Assembly: GCF_006345805.1 (NCBI RefSeq)
Contig: NC_043004.1
Coordinates: 75,702,001-75,766,000 of the forward strand
Source: Octopus sinensis
Lineage: Eukaryota
Direction: 5' to 3'
Length of the DNA stretch: 64,000 bases
Both the position numbers and the translations under genes were made by a program. Position 1 is the stretch's first letter. Each line of letters opens with the position of its first letter. Below, one piece after another: positions 41,161 through 54,809 of the stretch. The notes under the pieces were generated by a model, which made no database searches, was not told where the DNA came from, and worked only from the letters and a program-made list of their open reading frames with translations.

Positions 41161-42249
41161 TCTTTGACACATCCTATCAATTGTTCCAAATATTTTCACT
41201 TACATTTACTTTTTATTTTTATTCTTTTTCTTCTATCACTTTCTCCCCCTCCCCCCACCCTCTACCTGTTATTTTTGTCCCCCCCCACCACCCAGTCACC
41301 CTCTTCTTCTCCCTGGCAAAGAAGCAAAGACCCCAGAGTGGCTGCTGCTGCTGACACAATATGAATATTTATGACTCTACACTCACTGCTGCTCTTATTT
41401 ACCCCCACCCCCACCCTCCCAATAGCTCTGCCTAACAAGACTTTCCGGCTTTATGTACAAAAATAAATATATCTATACAATCATAAATACAGTATGTATA
41501 TTTCTTTACTGCCCACAAGGGGCTAAACATAGAGGGGACAAACAAGGACAGACAAACGGATTAAGCCGATTACATCGACTCCAGTGCGAAACTGGTACTT
41601 GATTTATCAACCCCAAAAGGATGAAAGGCAAAGTCGAACTTGGCGGAATTTGAACTCAAAGTGTAACGGCAGACAAAATACCGCTTAGCATTTTGCCCAG
41701 TGCACTAACGTTTCTGCCAGCTCGCCACATGTATTTAATCTTGCTGTGAAAATGAAGCCCCATGAGGGCCTTTTCAGTATCTTAAACTGACCCAGATAGT
41801 TGTTAGTTAACACCTCATCAAGATCTGCATACCTGTCTTTAATCCTCTTGTCTTCTGCTTGTTTCGATCACTGGTCTGCAGCCTAATCCCGATACTTATT
41901 TTAAAGCCAAACTGCTGAGCCACAAAGACATAGACAAACTAACACCAGTTGTCAAGCATTTGTAAGGGACATCAACAACACAGTTATACACACGATGGGC
42001 TTCTTTCAGTTTCTGTCTTCCAAATCCACTCACAAGGCTTTAGTTGTGGTTATAGTAGACGCCACTTGTCCAACGTGCCATACATCAGGACTGAACTCAA
42101 GTCCACATTTTTGAGAAACAAGCTTCTTAACCATGCAGCCATACCTTTTCTTTTTTTCTTTTCCTTTTACATAATTTAATTAGAGCAAGACAGATAAGAC
42201 CAAAGACCATCTTGCAGGAAAACTACTTTTCTTGTACTGATAGAAGAAA

Positions 42250-42650
42250 TTAACTTCAGACTGCCAAGGGTGCCAAGAGCACCATCCAAGTGTGATCGTT
42301 GCCAGAGCAGCCAACTGGCTTCTGTGCCAGTGGCACATAAAAGGGCACCATTCGAGCATGATCATTACCAACGTCTCCTTACTGGCACCTGTGCCGGTAG
42401 CATGTGCAAAAAGATTCGAGCGAGGTCATTGCCAGTACCGCCTGACTCGCCCCTGTGCCGGTGACACATAAAAAGCACCCACTACACTCTCGGAGTGGTT
42501 GGCGTTGGGAAGGGCATCCAGCTGTAGAAACACTGCCAGATCAAGATTGGAGCCTGGTGCAGCCATCTGGTTCGCCAGCTCTCAGTCAAAATCGTCCAAC
42601 CCATGCTAGCATGGAAAGCGGACGTTAAACGATGATGATGATGATGGTGA
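42250..42650 (+). mobile_element. RTE 3'UTR/tail copy (representative of ~25 in the window)
   Basis: GAGTGGTTGGCGTTGGGAAGGGCATCCAGCTGTAGAAAC...CCATGCTAGCATGGAAAGCGGACGTTAAAC(GAT)n. Plus copies: ~8800, 13010, 15230, 20650, 22070, 22440, 45340. Minus copies: ~14654, 14901, 17917, 19290, 23880, 43761, 51625, 53430, 57590, 60706. Confidence 0.9.
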
Positions 42651-45600
42651 TTTGGCCTGGAGGCTTGTGACAGAGTTTACTCCACTAAAGGAATTTGGGG
42701 GCTACACGAGATGATGGTGTTAACTTTTTAGCATTTAATCCAGCCATATCTGGCTCTAGTATTCTACATGTTTTATGTTCAAACTGGCCAGATCCTACCT
42801 CTCACACCAACCTCACAATATCGTTCTAAAACTAAGCTATCATATCAATGAAATCTCAAAGCTACAAGACGATAAATGATTAGTTGAAAACAATGTAAAT
42901 AAATAAATATAACATTTGACACAGTAACATCTTCATCATTGTTTAATGTCTGTCTTCCATGCTAGCATGGGTGGGTCAGTACCATAAGCACCGGTCAGGC
43001 TGAAGCCTGCACCAGACTTCTGTGACTGTCTTGACAGGATTTTTACATTTGGATGCCCTTCCTAACAACAACTGCTCAGCAGTTGTGCTTTTCATGTGGT
43101 GCAAGCACAGTGAATGTTGAAACTAGTTGACAAATTATGTCTGCTGCCCAGTAACAAGGAACTGTACTTCTGGCAGGTTCACCCAGGAAGGGTAAATGCA
43201 GTGCAGTCATACCCAGAAACAGTTGGTTGAGAAGCAAATTTGTTAACCAGACAATTACGCATGTGCCCTTGTTTCATCATCATCAAACCCTGGACATTAC
43301 TGTCTTGAGTCCTAGGATTCCTTGGGCCAGTTACCCTGTTTCCATAATATATAAGTAACAGAGATCACAACTTTTCCTCTGGATGGGATGCCAGTCCTTT
43401 GCAGGGTCACTCATTTACGACTTGGTGAACTGAAGCAACATGAAATGAAGTGTTTTGCTCAAGGACATAATGCACCACCTGGTCCAGGGATTGAAAGCTT
43501 TATCTTGCAATCAAGGCTGCAACACCCTAAGCACTGGGTCACATGCCTTTATGTGCCCAGCTTTATCTACCAGGAAAACCTATTGTGATAGATTAACTAA
43601 GCAATTGGATTCTAGAACGTCATCAAGAGTAGTTAATTGATGGAGCAGGAGGTGGGTGAGGCATTATGGCTAAAAGGTTCTTAAGACCGATTTACCATTC
43701 CTTTGAAGATATATTTCTTCACTTTGGCCACCTATTATACTAAAATGTGTTTCTTTCTAAATCATCATCACCATCATTATAATTTGACATCCATTTTCCA
43801 CGTTGGCATGGGTTGGATGGTTTGACAGGAGCTGGCCAGCCAGCCAGGAAGCTGTCTAGACTCCAATTCTGTTGTGGCATGGTTTCTACAGCTTGATGCC
43901 CTTCGTAATGCCAACCACTTTACACAGTGTGCTGGGTGCTTTTTATGTGCCACAGGCACAGGTGCCCTTACACAGCACCAGCACGAATGCATTTTATGTG
44001 GGTCCAGGCACCTGTAAAAGACAAGTCTGTATGTATGGATGGCAGCAGTGTTACTTAGCTTGACATGTCTTATCAAGTACAGCAAATCGCCACAACTCCC
44101 AGTCCTCTGGCATTTCCTCTGAGGGCCTGAATTCAAAGATCCTTTCTCACCACTTCATCCCACTCTTTCTGGGTCTACCTAACTTCTTTTAAGCAGTATA
44201 TGGTGTAAGGAAATGGTGCTAAAGTCTAAAAGTACAGCCTAGAATACCAAATTTATTTGTTTTAAAAGAATGGTGGGCAGGGGTTGTATTTTGTTTTTTG
44301 GTTTTCGGGGGGGGGGGCGTTTTTGTTGTTGTTTTTTGTAATGAATAATGGGCATAAAATTAAGAAACGATTTTAAATTTCAGTCTCAAAAAACTTACAC
44401 CTCCTTAGTATATTAAATCTGAATATTAAAATATTTCTCTCACTCCCTCCCTCAGTCTCCCCACCCCCATTGCAGCTGCTTTTGAATAATTTCCAATACC
44501 TTATTCACTTTTGCTTCATTGTTCAATTACACTGTTATTTTTCTGTGTTGAATGTAAACAGCAGAAAACTACTTAAACAAGCATGTGCTCTAAACTGTGG
44601 AGCCAATCAGTTCAGTTTTCAATCCGGTCTACTAAAAAGCTCTCTTGGGATTTACGTTTTACACGGGATATAACTCCGTGTATTTACACTCTATATTTAT
44701 TAATACATCCAGGCTGATATGAACATCAATTTGTTAATTGCCGTTGTGTTTCAGCACTGGGTAACTTCTCCTCTACAATGAATATGTGTTCATAACATTA
44801 ATGCAAGGGACTCTGGTACAGCTGGTGTTTCAACATCATTGTGTCTCATCATCCAGAGGAGCCTTGGACTCATGGATCTAACAAGAATTCAAAGCTCTTC
44901 TTTCAGATGGAGTAGTTGTTCTCCTGTGATGAAGCACAACAGTGATTAGCGCATTCATGTTTAAATCTGCTGGAATGCATTAAGATGAAATATTCACATG
45001 GTCACTTTGATTCTTGCTACCCCTGTACATATGACAATCTTTATATTTTCTATTGATAACCCATGCTATGTACTGTTACATAAACAAGTTTGCACTTAGG
45101 TACATATTTGTAAGTCTTTCATTATTTAATCTTTTGACATCTTGGGAAGGAAGGTAAGTTTAATTTGATTATTTGTTTAGTAATAATAAAACTAGTTAAT
45201 TCAGTCTTCATTGCAAGCTACCAAAAAGCCTTCGTGGACCTAAATTCAATGCCAGACTACATACATACATATATATGTATATATATTCTCACCATCCTAC
45301 ACCAAAAATTTCTTTATATATATAAATTAAATGGAAATAGTAGTTCAGACACCCGTGCCGGTGACACATTAAGAGAAAAGCACCGTGTAAACGTGGCCGA
45401 TGCCGGCGCCGCCTGACTGGCGTCCATGTTGGTGACACGTAAAAGCACCAACCGATCGTGGCTGTTTGCCAGTCTCATCTGGCTCCTGTGCCGGTGGCGC
45501 GAAAAAAGCACCCACTACACTCACGGAGTGGTTGCCATTAGGAAGGGCATCCAGCTGTAGAAACATTGCCAGATCAGACTGGTGCCTGGTGCAGCCTCCT

Positions 45601-46924
45601 GGCTTCCCAGACCCCGGTCGAACCGTCCAACCTATGCTAGTATGGAAAATGGACGTTAAACGATGATGATGATGATGATGATGATATAAGCATGAATCAT
45701 TGTAAAAGTGGTCAGTGTCTGATGCAATAGCCAACAACAAACATAATGTAGCCTTAAATTTTCCTGTCTCTTATATTTCTTTGAAACTTATTTCCTGGTG
45801 AAGGGGACATTGTCAGTGTGAATCTAAAGGATTCATACCTTGTAGGCAAATGGACTCCAGAAACAGCCGTCGAAATACATCTTATATGGTGCTATAACCC
45901 TCTATAAATATTTCTTTAGAACTCTTAAAACAAATTTATCCTTATTTCTCTGTCTTTCAAATCCATCACTAAGATTTCTCACTGCCCTCGATGTATCTTA
46001 CAACTTTTAATTCTTAATCCAACATTTTTAATCATAAATTTAATATGATTTTTAATTGCTGTATCTCTTTATTCATTTACCCTTTTCACGTATATTTTTA
46101 CCTCATTTATTTCTTATTTGTCTTTTAAATAATATATTGATATATTCCTTTTGTTGGTGTATTTATTGTGTTATATATATTTATTATGTTGATGGAATTT
46201 ATAACTATAGGATGGTTATCTAAATATCAACTCTTCTTAAACCATAATGTCTAGTGTCTCAGGTTTGACCTAAGCACTTTCAAGCAATTGTGTAAAAAAA
46301 CATTTTTCAAACGAAAAAACAATATATTTATTATATATATCTAATATAATAAATATGAAAACTAATTTCTATGTGTCAGTGTCTCACAATCAGACGCCCT
46401 CTCTCACTATCCAATGACACTCCAACTATTCCTCATGATGGGGTGAGAGTAATAGTAGCCATAGAGACAGTGAGGGCGTTGGTGAAGACAGACAGAGAGA
46501 GAGAGAGAAAGAAAAAGAGAGGGAGTGAAAGAAAAAAGAAATTTAGGGAGAGTTGATGATGTTTTATTAAAAGTAGTAGTGTTGATGGTGGCAGTGGGGG
46601 TAATAATAAAAGAGAGAGAAAGAGGGAGATGATGTACAACTTTGTTGAAGAAATCAACTCTATTCTTTGTAAGCCTAGTACTTATTCTATCAGTCGCTTT
46701 TGCCGAACCACTAAGTTACGGGTACGTAAACACACGAACATCAGTTGTCAAGCGATGGTGAGGACAAACTCAGACACAAAGACACACGCACATAAATATA
46801 CATACATATATATATATATATATAATAAATATTAGGGAATGAATCCAAAATTACAGGGAAAAATCAGATTTAGGGTTAAATCCAATTTTATAGTAAAATA
46901 TTATATAATATAATTCGAGACAAA

Positions 46925-47186
46925 ACCACTATTTTAAAACCAAACAAGGAAAGACTTAATCAATACATAAAATTTTAATATAAATTAAATAAACCGCCAC
47001 TACAAATGTTTCATGTCTGCTCCGACAATCTTCAGGTGGATTTTCGATCTTCTAATCAGTATCAAATTTGATACTGATTAGATTGTCGGAGCAGACATGA
47101 AACATTTGTAGTGGCGGTTTATTTAATTTATATTAAAATTTTATGTATTGATTAAGTCTTTCCTTGTTTGGTTTTAAAATAGTGGT
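46925..47186. repeat. Perfect inverted repeat (106-bp arms) with a nested 28-bp palindrome
   Basis: 46925-47030 is the reverse complement of 47081-47186. TAATCAGTATCAAA/TTTGATACTGATTA at 47053-47080. Confidence 0.9.
46997..47039 (-). ncRNA. Minimal type I hammerhead ribozyme motif (Penelope-like-element type)
   Basis: Minus strand reads CCAC-CTGAAGA-T-TGTC-GGAGCA-GACA-T-GAA-ACA-TT-TGT-A-GTGG. Stem I is CCAC/GTGG, the core is CUGANGA and GAA, stem II is TGTC/GACA, stem III is ACA/TGT, and the cleavage triplet is GUA. Confidence 0.65.
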
Positions 47187-47193
47187 CTCGAAT

Positions 47194-47262
<69 letters not shown>

Positions 47263-47489
47263 TACATGACAGGCTTCTTTCCGTTTCCATCTACCAAATC
47301 CACTCACAAGGCTTTGGCCAACCCAAGGCTATAGTAGAAGACACTTGCCCACACAGTGGGACTGAACCACAGTGGGAATGAAAACATAATTCCACTAGCA
47401 TTCTTGTGTTCAAAACCCCTGTGTTTGGTGAAAGGTTTTGGAAGCTAGCCCTTGCTTAACCACTGCTTATGGACGTTAGGGTTGTGGGA

Positions 47490-47773
47490 AAATATCTCCC
47501 TTGGGTTATTACTTGTTCCGATCAGTGGCTCACTTCATTTGCTCGTGATGTTTCATCAACCAAGAGGATGTGGACGCTTCAATGGGGGAGTTCTTCACCT
47601 CAGAGGACAAGAACTGATATCAACTTGGGATCAAAGAACTGGCAGAAAGCTGTCTTCAGACAGTGCAACACACTGGCCTCTACTTTGAATGCTAGACTGT
47701 TTTTGTTATAATTTGATGAATAAAACAAAGAAATTACCAAAATATTGCAAAGCTCTTGAGTCAACACAATATT
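47490..47773 (+). mobile_element. Mariner transposase 3' relic
   Basis: LFRSVAHF...FFTSEDKN*YQLGIKELAESCLQTVQHTGLYFE resembles mariner C-termini. Confidence 0.65.
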
Positions 47774-49129
47774 ATTGGGCGATGTGCAGTGATTTGCAGA
47801 TGGGCCAGCAGCGCTGCTGAGGAGGCTCTGCATCAAGGATCACATTTCAAGATATAGTTTTTCTTGTCTTTTTTAAGCTGTTGAGGTGTGATTTGAAAAA
47901 TTTGGCTTCTGTTTCTTGCTGGTCAGGTAACCATGTGAAGGCACCTCACTGGTTTCATAAAGTGGGGTTTAAGATAGAATGGCAGATTTGGTTTAGCAGT
48001 GATTGCAACAGATGTCTATGCAGAACATGGCTTGCTAGTTGGAGAGGCTGGGCATCATTGTAACAGCAAATATTTACCCTGTATAAAACACCTTATAACT
48101 TTGCCTGATGTGAGTGAATCTCTTTCTCCTTATTGTCAGCTGAAAACGATGCAATATAATATACACTACACATATATTTGTAGATATTGGGGGAAACAAA
48201 TTATGTGAATGAACGTGCTTTTCCTTTGTACATGTGTTTCCAAATACATTCATGTGTTTGTGTGTGTTTAATCTGTTTTTGCAGATGGAAAATAGTTGAC
48301 TGTATACGAATGTACATGAGAATGTATATAAAATGTTTGTGCGTTTGTTTGTGTATGTACCTTCTGTATTTATGAGTTTGATTAAATAAACATCTTAACA
48401 TAGAATAATATATATAATTTGGTGTGCTCGGAGAATATATAATCCTTTACTCGTTCTATATCAGAAATATATAATCCATCTTCACCACACAATTCGCGCC
48501 CCTCCGCCCCTTTCATTCTCTCTCAGTTTCCACCTCAATCCATCTATTTTCGCCATTATCTTCGACCAGAACCGGGAAATAAAATACATGTGAATGTGTG
48601 TGTATGTATGTGTGTGTATACAATAACACTTTCTTCCTGTGTATCACATCCTGGTTACATATACGCTTTCTTCACACAGGCACACACACACACACTTGCA
48701 CACACATATAAACACATACATACAACGCCTGACACACACAGCAGCGTCGTTGTCTGCCAGTCAGTCTTGCTTCGATTCTGCCTAACTTGTCAGACTTTGG
48801 TTACGGTTGCTTTACAAGCAAACTTAATAGGAATTAACCGTTAATCATATTTGCACACTTTAACTCTTAAACGGTTGTTGGTGTTATTTGTTGTTTAGCC
48901 ACAGGGCGGCCTTGATTGAGCAAATTTAACATAATCAAAGGCATCCCAACCGCGGCCGTCTCGCCTTTTTACTAGGCATAGTGGCGATCTTAGTGTATCA
49001 CGGCTACATTATCCCCTGTTTGTTGTTTTTAAGACGGTAGTGTGTGATTTGAGGGAAGTTTGACTGCTATTTCTTGCAGGTGAGCGATCACGTAAAGACT
49101 TCCTCGCTCGTGGTGGAAATTTGTCTTAA

Positions 49130-49560
49130 TGGTGGCAGCGATGATGGTTGTGATGGTGGTGGTGGTGGTGTCGGCAACGAAAATGATGGTGGTGACGGTC
49201 GTAGCGACGTTGATGGTAATGATGGTGGTGGCGGTGGTGTTGTTGGCAGCGGCGATGGCGATGGTGGCGGTGCCGACGGTGGAGGCGATAGGTCGCACAT
49301 AACACATGTGGCGATGGTGGTGGTGGTGGTGTCGGCAACCGTAATGATGATGGTGGAGGTGACGGTCGTAGCGTCGCTGATGATGATAACGATGGTGGTC
49401 GTGGCGGTGGCGTTGTTGGCAGCGGCGATGGTAATGGTGGCGGTGGGGACGGTGGAGACGATAGGTCGCACATAACACATGTGGCGGTGGTGGTGGTCAT
49501 TTTAGAAATAGTGATAGAAAAGTGGTTTGGAGGTGGTGGTGGTGGTGGTCATGGTAGGAG
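49130..49560. repeat. GGT/GAT-rich minisatellite with a ~170-bp tandem duplication
   Basis: GATAGGTCGCACATAACACATGTGGC occurs at ~49288 and ~49460, each preceded by a similar GGT/GAC-rich unit. Confidence 0.85.
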
Positions 49561-49959
49561 TTGTTGATTGTAGTGGTGTCAGCAACTAAAATTAGTGAAC
49601 CATCATCATCATCATCATTACCAACCATCCTCAGCAACACCATTGTTTTTATGGCAGCGATGTTGTTGTTGTTGTTGTCGTCAGCCACACATTCTTTTTG
49701 GTTGAAGCCAAGATTTTTCTTTTGACTTTTTTTTTGTAATGTTACAGATTTCTAACTTTCATTTTCTCGTTCGCAAGTTTATTGACCCCATGCACACTCT
49801 TCTTCTTCTTCTGTCTCCTGTCTTCCCTCTTCCCTCCCCCGCTCTCCCCCATCTCCCCACATTGTCTCGCTAATTCACTTATCCGTCACCGCATCGTTAA
49901 TCTTCTGTCGTCTCGCATCTCTCTCAATCTCTCTCGCTTTCTATCTCTTTCATTTACTC

Positions 49960-50812
49960 TCTGTCTCTCTCTCTCTCTATATATATATCTTTAATTTTTC
50001 TCTCTCTCTCTCTATATATATATCTTTAATTTTTCTCTCTCTCTCTTTCATGTTCTCTCTCTCTCTCTCGCTTTCTATCTCTTTCATTTTCTCTCTCTCT
50101 CTCTCTCGCTTTTATCTCTTTCATGTTCTCTCTCTATCTCTCTCTCTCTCTTTCATCTTCTCTCTCTCTATCTTTCTCTCTCGCTTTCTATCTTTCATTT
50201 TCTCACTCTCTCTCTCTCTTTCATTTTCTCTCTCTCTCTCTCTTTCTATCTTTTTCATTCTCTCTCTCTCCCTCTCTCTCGCTTTCTATCTCTTTCATGT
50301 TCTCTCTCTCGCTTTCACTTTCTCTCTCTCTCTCGCTTTCTATCTCTTTCATTCTCTCTCTCCCTACCCTTCTCTCTCTCTCTCTCCATACTTCTCGTTT
50401 CTTTCTTCTTTTTCATACTTTTTCGCTTTACAATTGTCATCTTCTGTCTCAGTCTTTTATTCTCTTTCTCTCTTCTTCTCTCTTTGTAGTCTCCTTTTTC
50501 TCTCTCTCTCTTTTTATCCACCAAGTCTCTCCTTGTTCTCTCAATCTCTCTCCTTGCCTCTTTTCCTATCCTCTTATTGTCTCATCATCATCTTTCTTCA
50601 TATTTTCTCTTCTGTTCTCATTCTCTCTCTTCTCTGTCTTGTCTCTTTTTTTTATCTTCTCTTAATCTCCTTTCTCTCTCTCTCTCTCTCTCTCATTGTC
50701 TCTCTCCTCTTTATCTTTCGTGCATTAACATCTCACCTTATTCTCCTCTTCTCTCTTTATTCTCTGTTCTCACTCTATTGTTCTTTTCTTCCTGTTTCTC
50801 ATCTCTCTCTCA

Positions 50813-50868
<56 letters not shown>

Positions 50869-51008
50869 TCTCTCATCTCTCTCTCTCATCTCTCTCTCTC
50901 TCTCATTGTCTCTCTCCTCTTTATCTTTCGTGCATTAACATCTCACCTTATACTCCTCTTCTCTCTTTACTCTCTGTTCTCACTCTATTCTTCTTTTCTT
51001 CCTGTTTC

Positions 51009-51066
<58 letters not shown>
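49960..51066. repeat. 1.1-kb CT-rich compound repeat with an internal ~207-bp direct duplication
   Basis: Near-pure pyrimidine strand. TCTCATTGTCTCTCTCCTCTTTATCTTTCGTGCATTAACATCTCACC occurs at ~50690 and ~50900. Confidence 0.9.
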
Positions 51067-51069
<3 letters not shown>

Positions 51070-54000
51070 CAAAGCTAGACTAGTATCTTGTCTAGAATTA
51101 TGTACAACGAATTGACTATTTGATGGAAATATTGATATAAAAATACTTTTGATTGAAAATATTCTAAGCTATAAATCTTTATTTGTGTTGTCACTATTTT
51201 TTTTTATTATCTCTTCTTATTTTTCTTCTTTTCTTCTATCTGGTATTTATTGCCTTCCCTGATTTCTATTATCTAATAGTATAGTTTAAATGTTTTTTAC
51301 GTTCATTCTTCAATTTTAGCTCAGTGTTGTGTAAATTTAGATGCTGGCGTGAACTGTTTACTGGAGCTGTGTCTTCTTATCGCTGTTATGAGCAACCCCA
51401 TAAAATCAGGGCTTTATGAAGTATTAGTTCATTTTGTTGCAAGACCAACAGTTTTAGGGGAGAGGATATTCCCCAGAACTTAACTGGTATTTGTTTTATC
51501 AACCCCAAAATGAACCAAAACAAAGGTGACAGCAGCTGTTTTTGAACTCAGGATGTAAAAGCCAGAAGAAACACTGCTAAGCCTTTTGTCCATAGTAGTA
51601 ACGATTCTGCCAGCTCCGTGCCTTGACAACATCATCATCATCGTTTAATATCCTCCTTCCATGCTAGCATGGGTGGGACAGTTTCACAAGAGCTGGTCAG
51701 ACAGAAGCCTGCACCAGACTTCTGTGACTGTTTTGGCAGGATTTTTACAGCTGCATGCCATTCCTAACACCAACCACTCAGCAGAGTGGGCTTAGTGCTT
51801 TTTACGTGGCACAAGTACAGGTGAGGTCAGTTTTGGCAAGGCTGGTTGAATAAAACAAAGGCTGAAAACAAGTCAAGTTTGGAATCAGGAAGGGCATCCA
51901 GCCATAGAATTCTGCCTTAATAAGTCTTGTCTGACCCATACCGACATGAAGACGGTTGAATACACACACACACACAATTACACCAGAGAAGTGTCTTGTT
52001 GTATTCTCTTTTATCTAATTCTTAATAGTATAACTTTTCACTTTTCTTTCTATAACCCTAGGACTCATTGGGCCAGTTACCTGGTTTTCATAACATATAA
52101 GAGACCAAAACCACAACATTCCTTCTGAATGGGACACCAGTCCATTGCAGGGTACAAGGGCCAGCAATTCTAAAAGGAGAGGCCAAGTCAAATACATTGA
52201 CCTCAGTACTTGACTGGTACTTTGTTGACCCTAAAGAGATGAAAGGTAGAAGTTGACTTTGGTGGGATTTGAATCAAAAGGCAAAAATCCAAAAGAAATG
52301 TTTCTAAGCATTTTCCAGCTCACCGCCTCCTAGTATAATCCATTATGAAGCTTTAAAAAGTATTGTCACACTTCAGTGATTGGGTCACTGTATTCTGAAA
52401 TATCTGTTGAAAAGCAGCTGTTGGTTAGGTTTTATAAGCCATGGGAATTTTTATTTCTTAATTTGTTTGTTTTTGTTTTATTTTAATTACGTTTCTACCT
52501 CAAAAAAAAAATAATAAATGGAAAGGATTTTAATATGAAAATCTCAAAACTGAAAGAAAAATGTCACTCACACACCAAAGACAACCACCCTAAAATATAA
52601 AATATTACATACATCAAATTAATGTAAAAAAAACAGAAAAAAGATATAGCAAAATGTTAACCACACCTGTGCTTGAAGAAGAAGGTAATTAATAAATAAA
52701 AAGAAGAAAACTAAAGGAAACAGCCAATGAATGCTTTCCAGCAGATACAATGGAATTGTGTCAGTGACCAGGCTACAGAAATCAAACAAAAATGTTTTGA
52801 CACTTGATAGCTGTGAATATAACCAAATGTACCTGGTGTGGGGAATGTCATAGTTGTTGCATATTTTCTTTTTAAATAGTTAATCTTAACCCTTCTCTGT
52901 TGTAATGGTTTCAGTTACACCACAAAGTGTTAGATTAAGACATTTGCTAAATGAGAACAACTCAAAATTAGACGTGGCTGTGTGGTATCAAGTTCAGTCC
53001 CGCTGTGTAGCACCTTGGACAAATGTCTTCAATAGTCTGGGACTGACCAAAGCCCTGTTGGTGGATTTGATTGATGGAAACTGAAAGATGTGTGTGTATG
53101 TGAGGTGTCAAAATTATGATGGCTTTTGGTCAGTTAACTGATGAGGGGTGACCATGCACACAGCCATTATGTGTATTTTTTTTCTGTTTTCTATGTGTTT
53201 CTTTGTCATCCTTCTGTGCCACATTTTACTATTTCTTGTCTTGACATCATGTGATTATTGTAAATAAATGTTATTTCTTTCCAATATTCTGTGAAAATAT
53301 GTTGATCATGAGGAAATATTAAGTGTTGGTGACAGGAAAGGCATTTTGCCATTGAAAAATCTGCTTCAACAAATACCATCCAGTGCATGCAAACATGGAA
53401 AAGTAGCCATATATAAGTGTCACTATATCATCATCATCATTGTTGTCATCATCAACAACGTCCACCTTCCATGCTTGCATGTGTTGAATGGTTTGACAGA
53501 AGTTGGCCAGGCAGAAGCCCACACCAGACTTCTATGTCTGTTTTGGCAGGGTTTTTACAGCTGGATGCCCTTCCTAACACCAACCACCCAGGAGAGTGGA
53601 CAGTGCTTTTTATATGGCAAGACAAAGATCCTTTGAGAGGAGAGGGGGGCATTGGAGGAGGTGATCTTTGTTAAATGATGAAAGGTTTGAGTGTGGTGGA
53701 GAGGCAGAAACAAGTGTCTTGCTGTAGAGGAGGTACATAGTTACCTGGCCAGAGAGAGAGACTGAGTGATCAAGAGTGAGAACAGAAATAGGTGTGCTGC
53801 TGAAAAGGAGATACATGGCTATCTAGCCTGAGGGAAAAGTGAGAAAAAGAGAGAGAGAGAGAGGGTGGGAGACAGCAAGAGTGCAAGAGAGAACAGGAGA
53901 GAGGTGGTGATGAAGTGTTGGGGCATACTCACAGGAATGGAGATCAGAATATAAATGGGATGGTGAAGGAAGAGAGAGACAGATGGTGGCAAGTGCCAGA

Positions 54001-54809
54001 GCATACCCTCAAGGTATCAAGGTCATAATATAAGTGGCAGGGTATTTATCAAAGAAGCATGACGGACCAAGAGTAGTGCAGTGGCTGGTGAAAATCTGGG
54101 TATATAGAGGAGGCTGGGGGACTACAGGATAGCAATGATACAGTGGGAAGGGCTGTGAGGTTAGGATTAGGGAGTGAGAGATAAGCCTAGTGCATGAAAG
54201 AGGAAATATGAGGAAGAGAAGAGATGTAGTTGGGTTTGTTGGGGTAGGGTGTGTGGAAAGTTTTATCATTCAATGTGGGTGGACACAGCGCTTCTAGAAC
54301 TCAGCTTCACTGATGTGGGTGGGTCTTCGCAAGAACTGCATCTCACCAGACATCTCAATCCATTGTCATTTCCCCCATAACTTCAGGGTCTACTGAGAAT
54401 TGTTCAGGGTTAATTGTTTCATTAATTAATTGGTTAATTAATTAATTGGTTAATTATTCATACAAACTAAGTTATTGCAAGGAAATAATTCCTCTGGCCA
54501 TCAAAAATAAGCAAAGACTTCAATAAAGTTATGTAACACCTTAATCTTCAATCTTTGCTTTTCTGCTATTATATTCTGTGATTGGTAAACCAACCAGTAA
54601 ATTAGTAAATAATCTCAGATTTACAGTTTGTATTGAATACTCTGTGTATTTAACCTAACAGATTCCTAATTCTCAAATGACATTCTGTCGGCTAGAATTT
54701 TTCATGTGATGTGCTCACTGAGGTACTTGCCTAGATTTCCTCAGTCCTTATTTTTTATCACTACTCACATGCACGCACGCACACACACACACACACACAC
54801 ACACAGAAG

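Noticed and set aside
49029-49500. His-, Gly/Asp-, Thr- and Pro-rich ORFs
   Set aside because: Open in several frames on both strands, as expected for a trinucleotide minisatellite. No splice or domain support.
50050-51083. 342-aa and overlapping Ser/Leu/Phe-rich ORFs
   Set aside because: Translations of (CT)n repeats, which lack stop codons.
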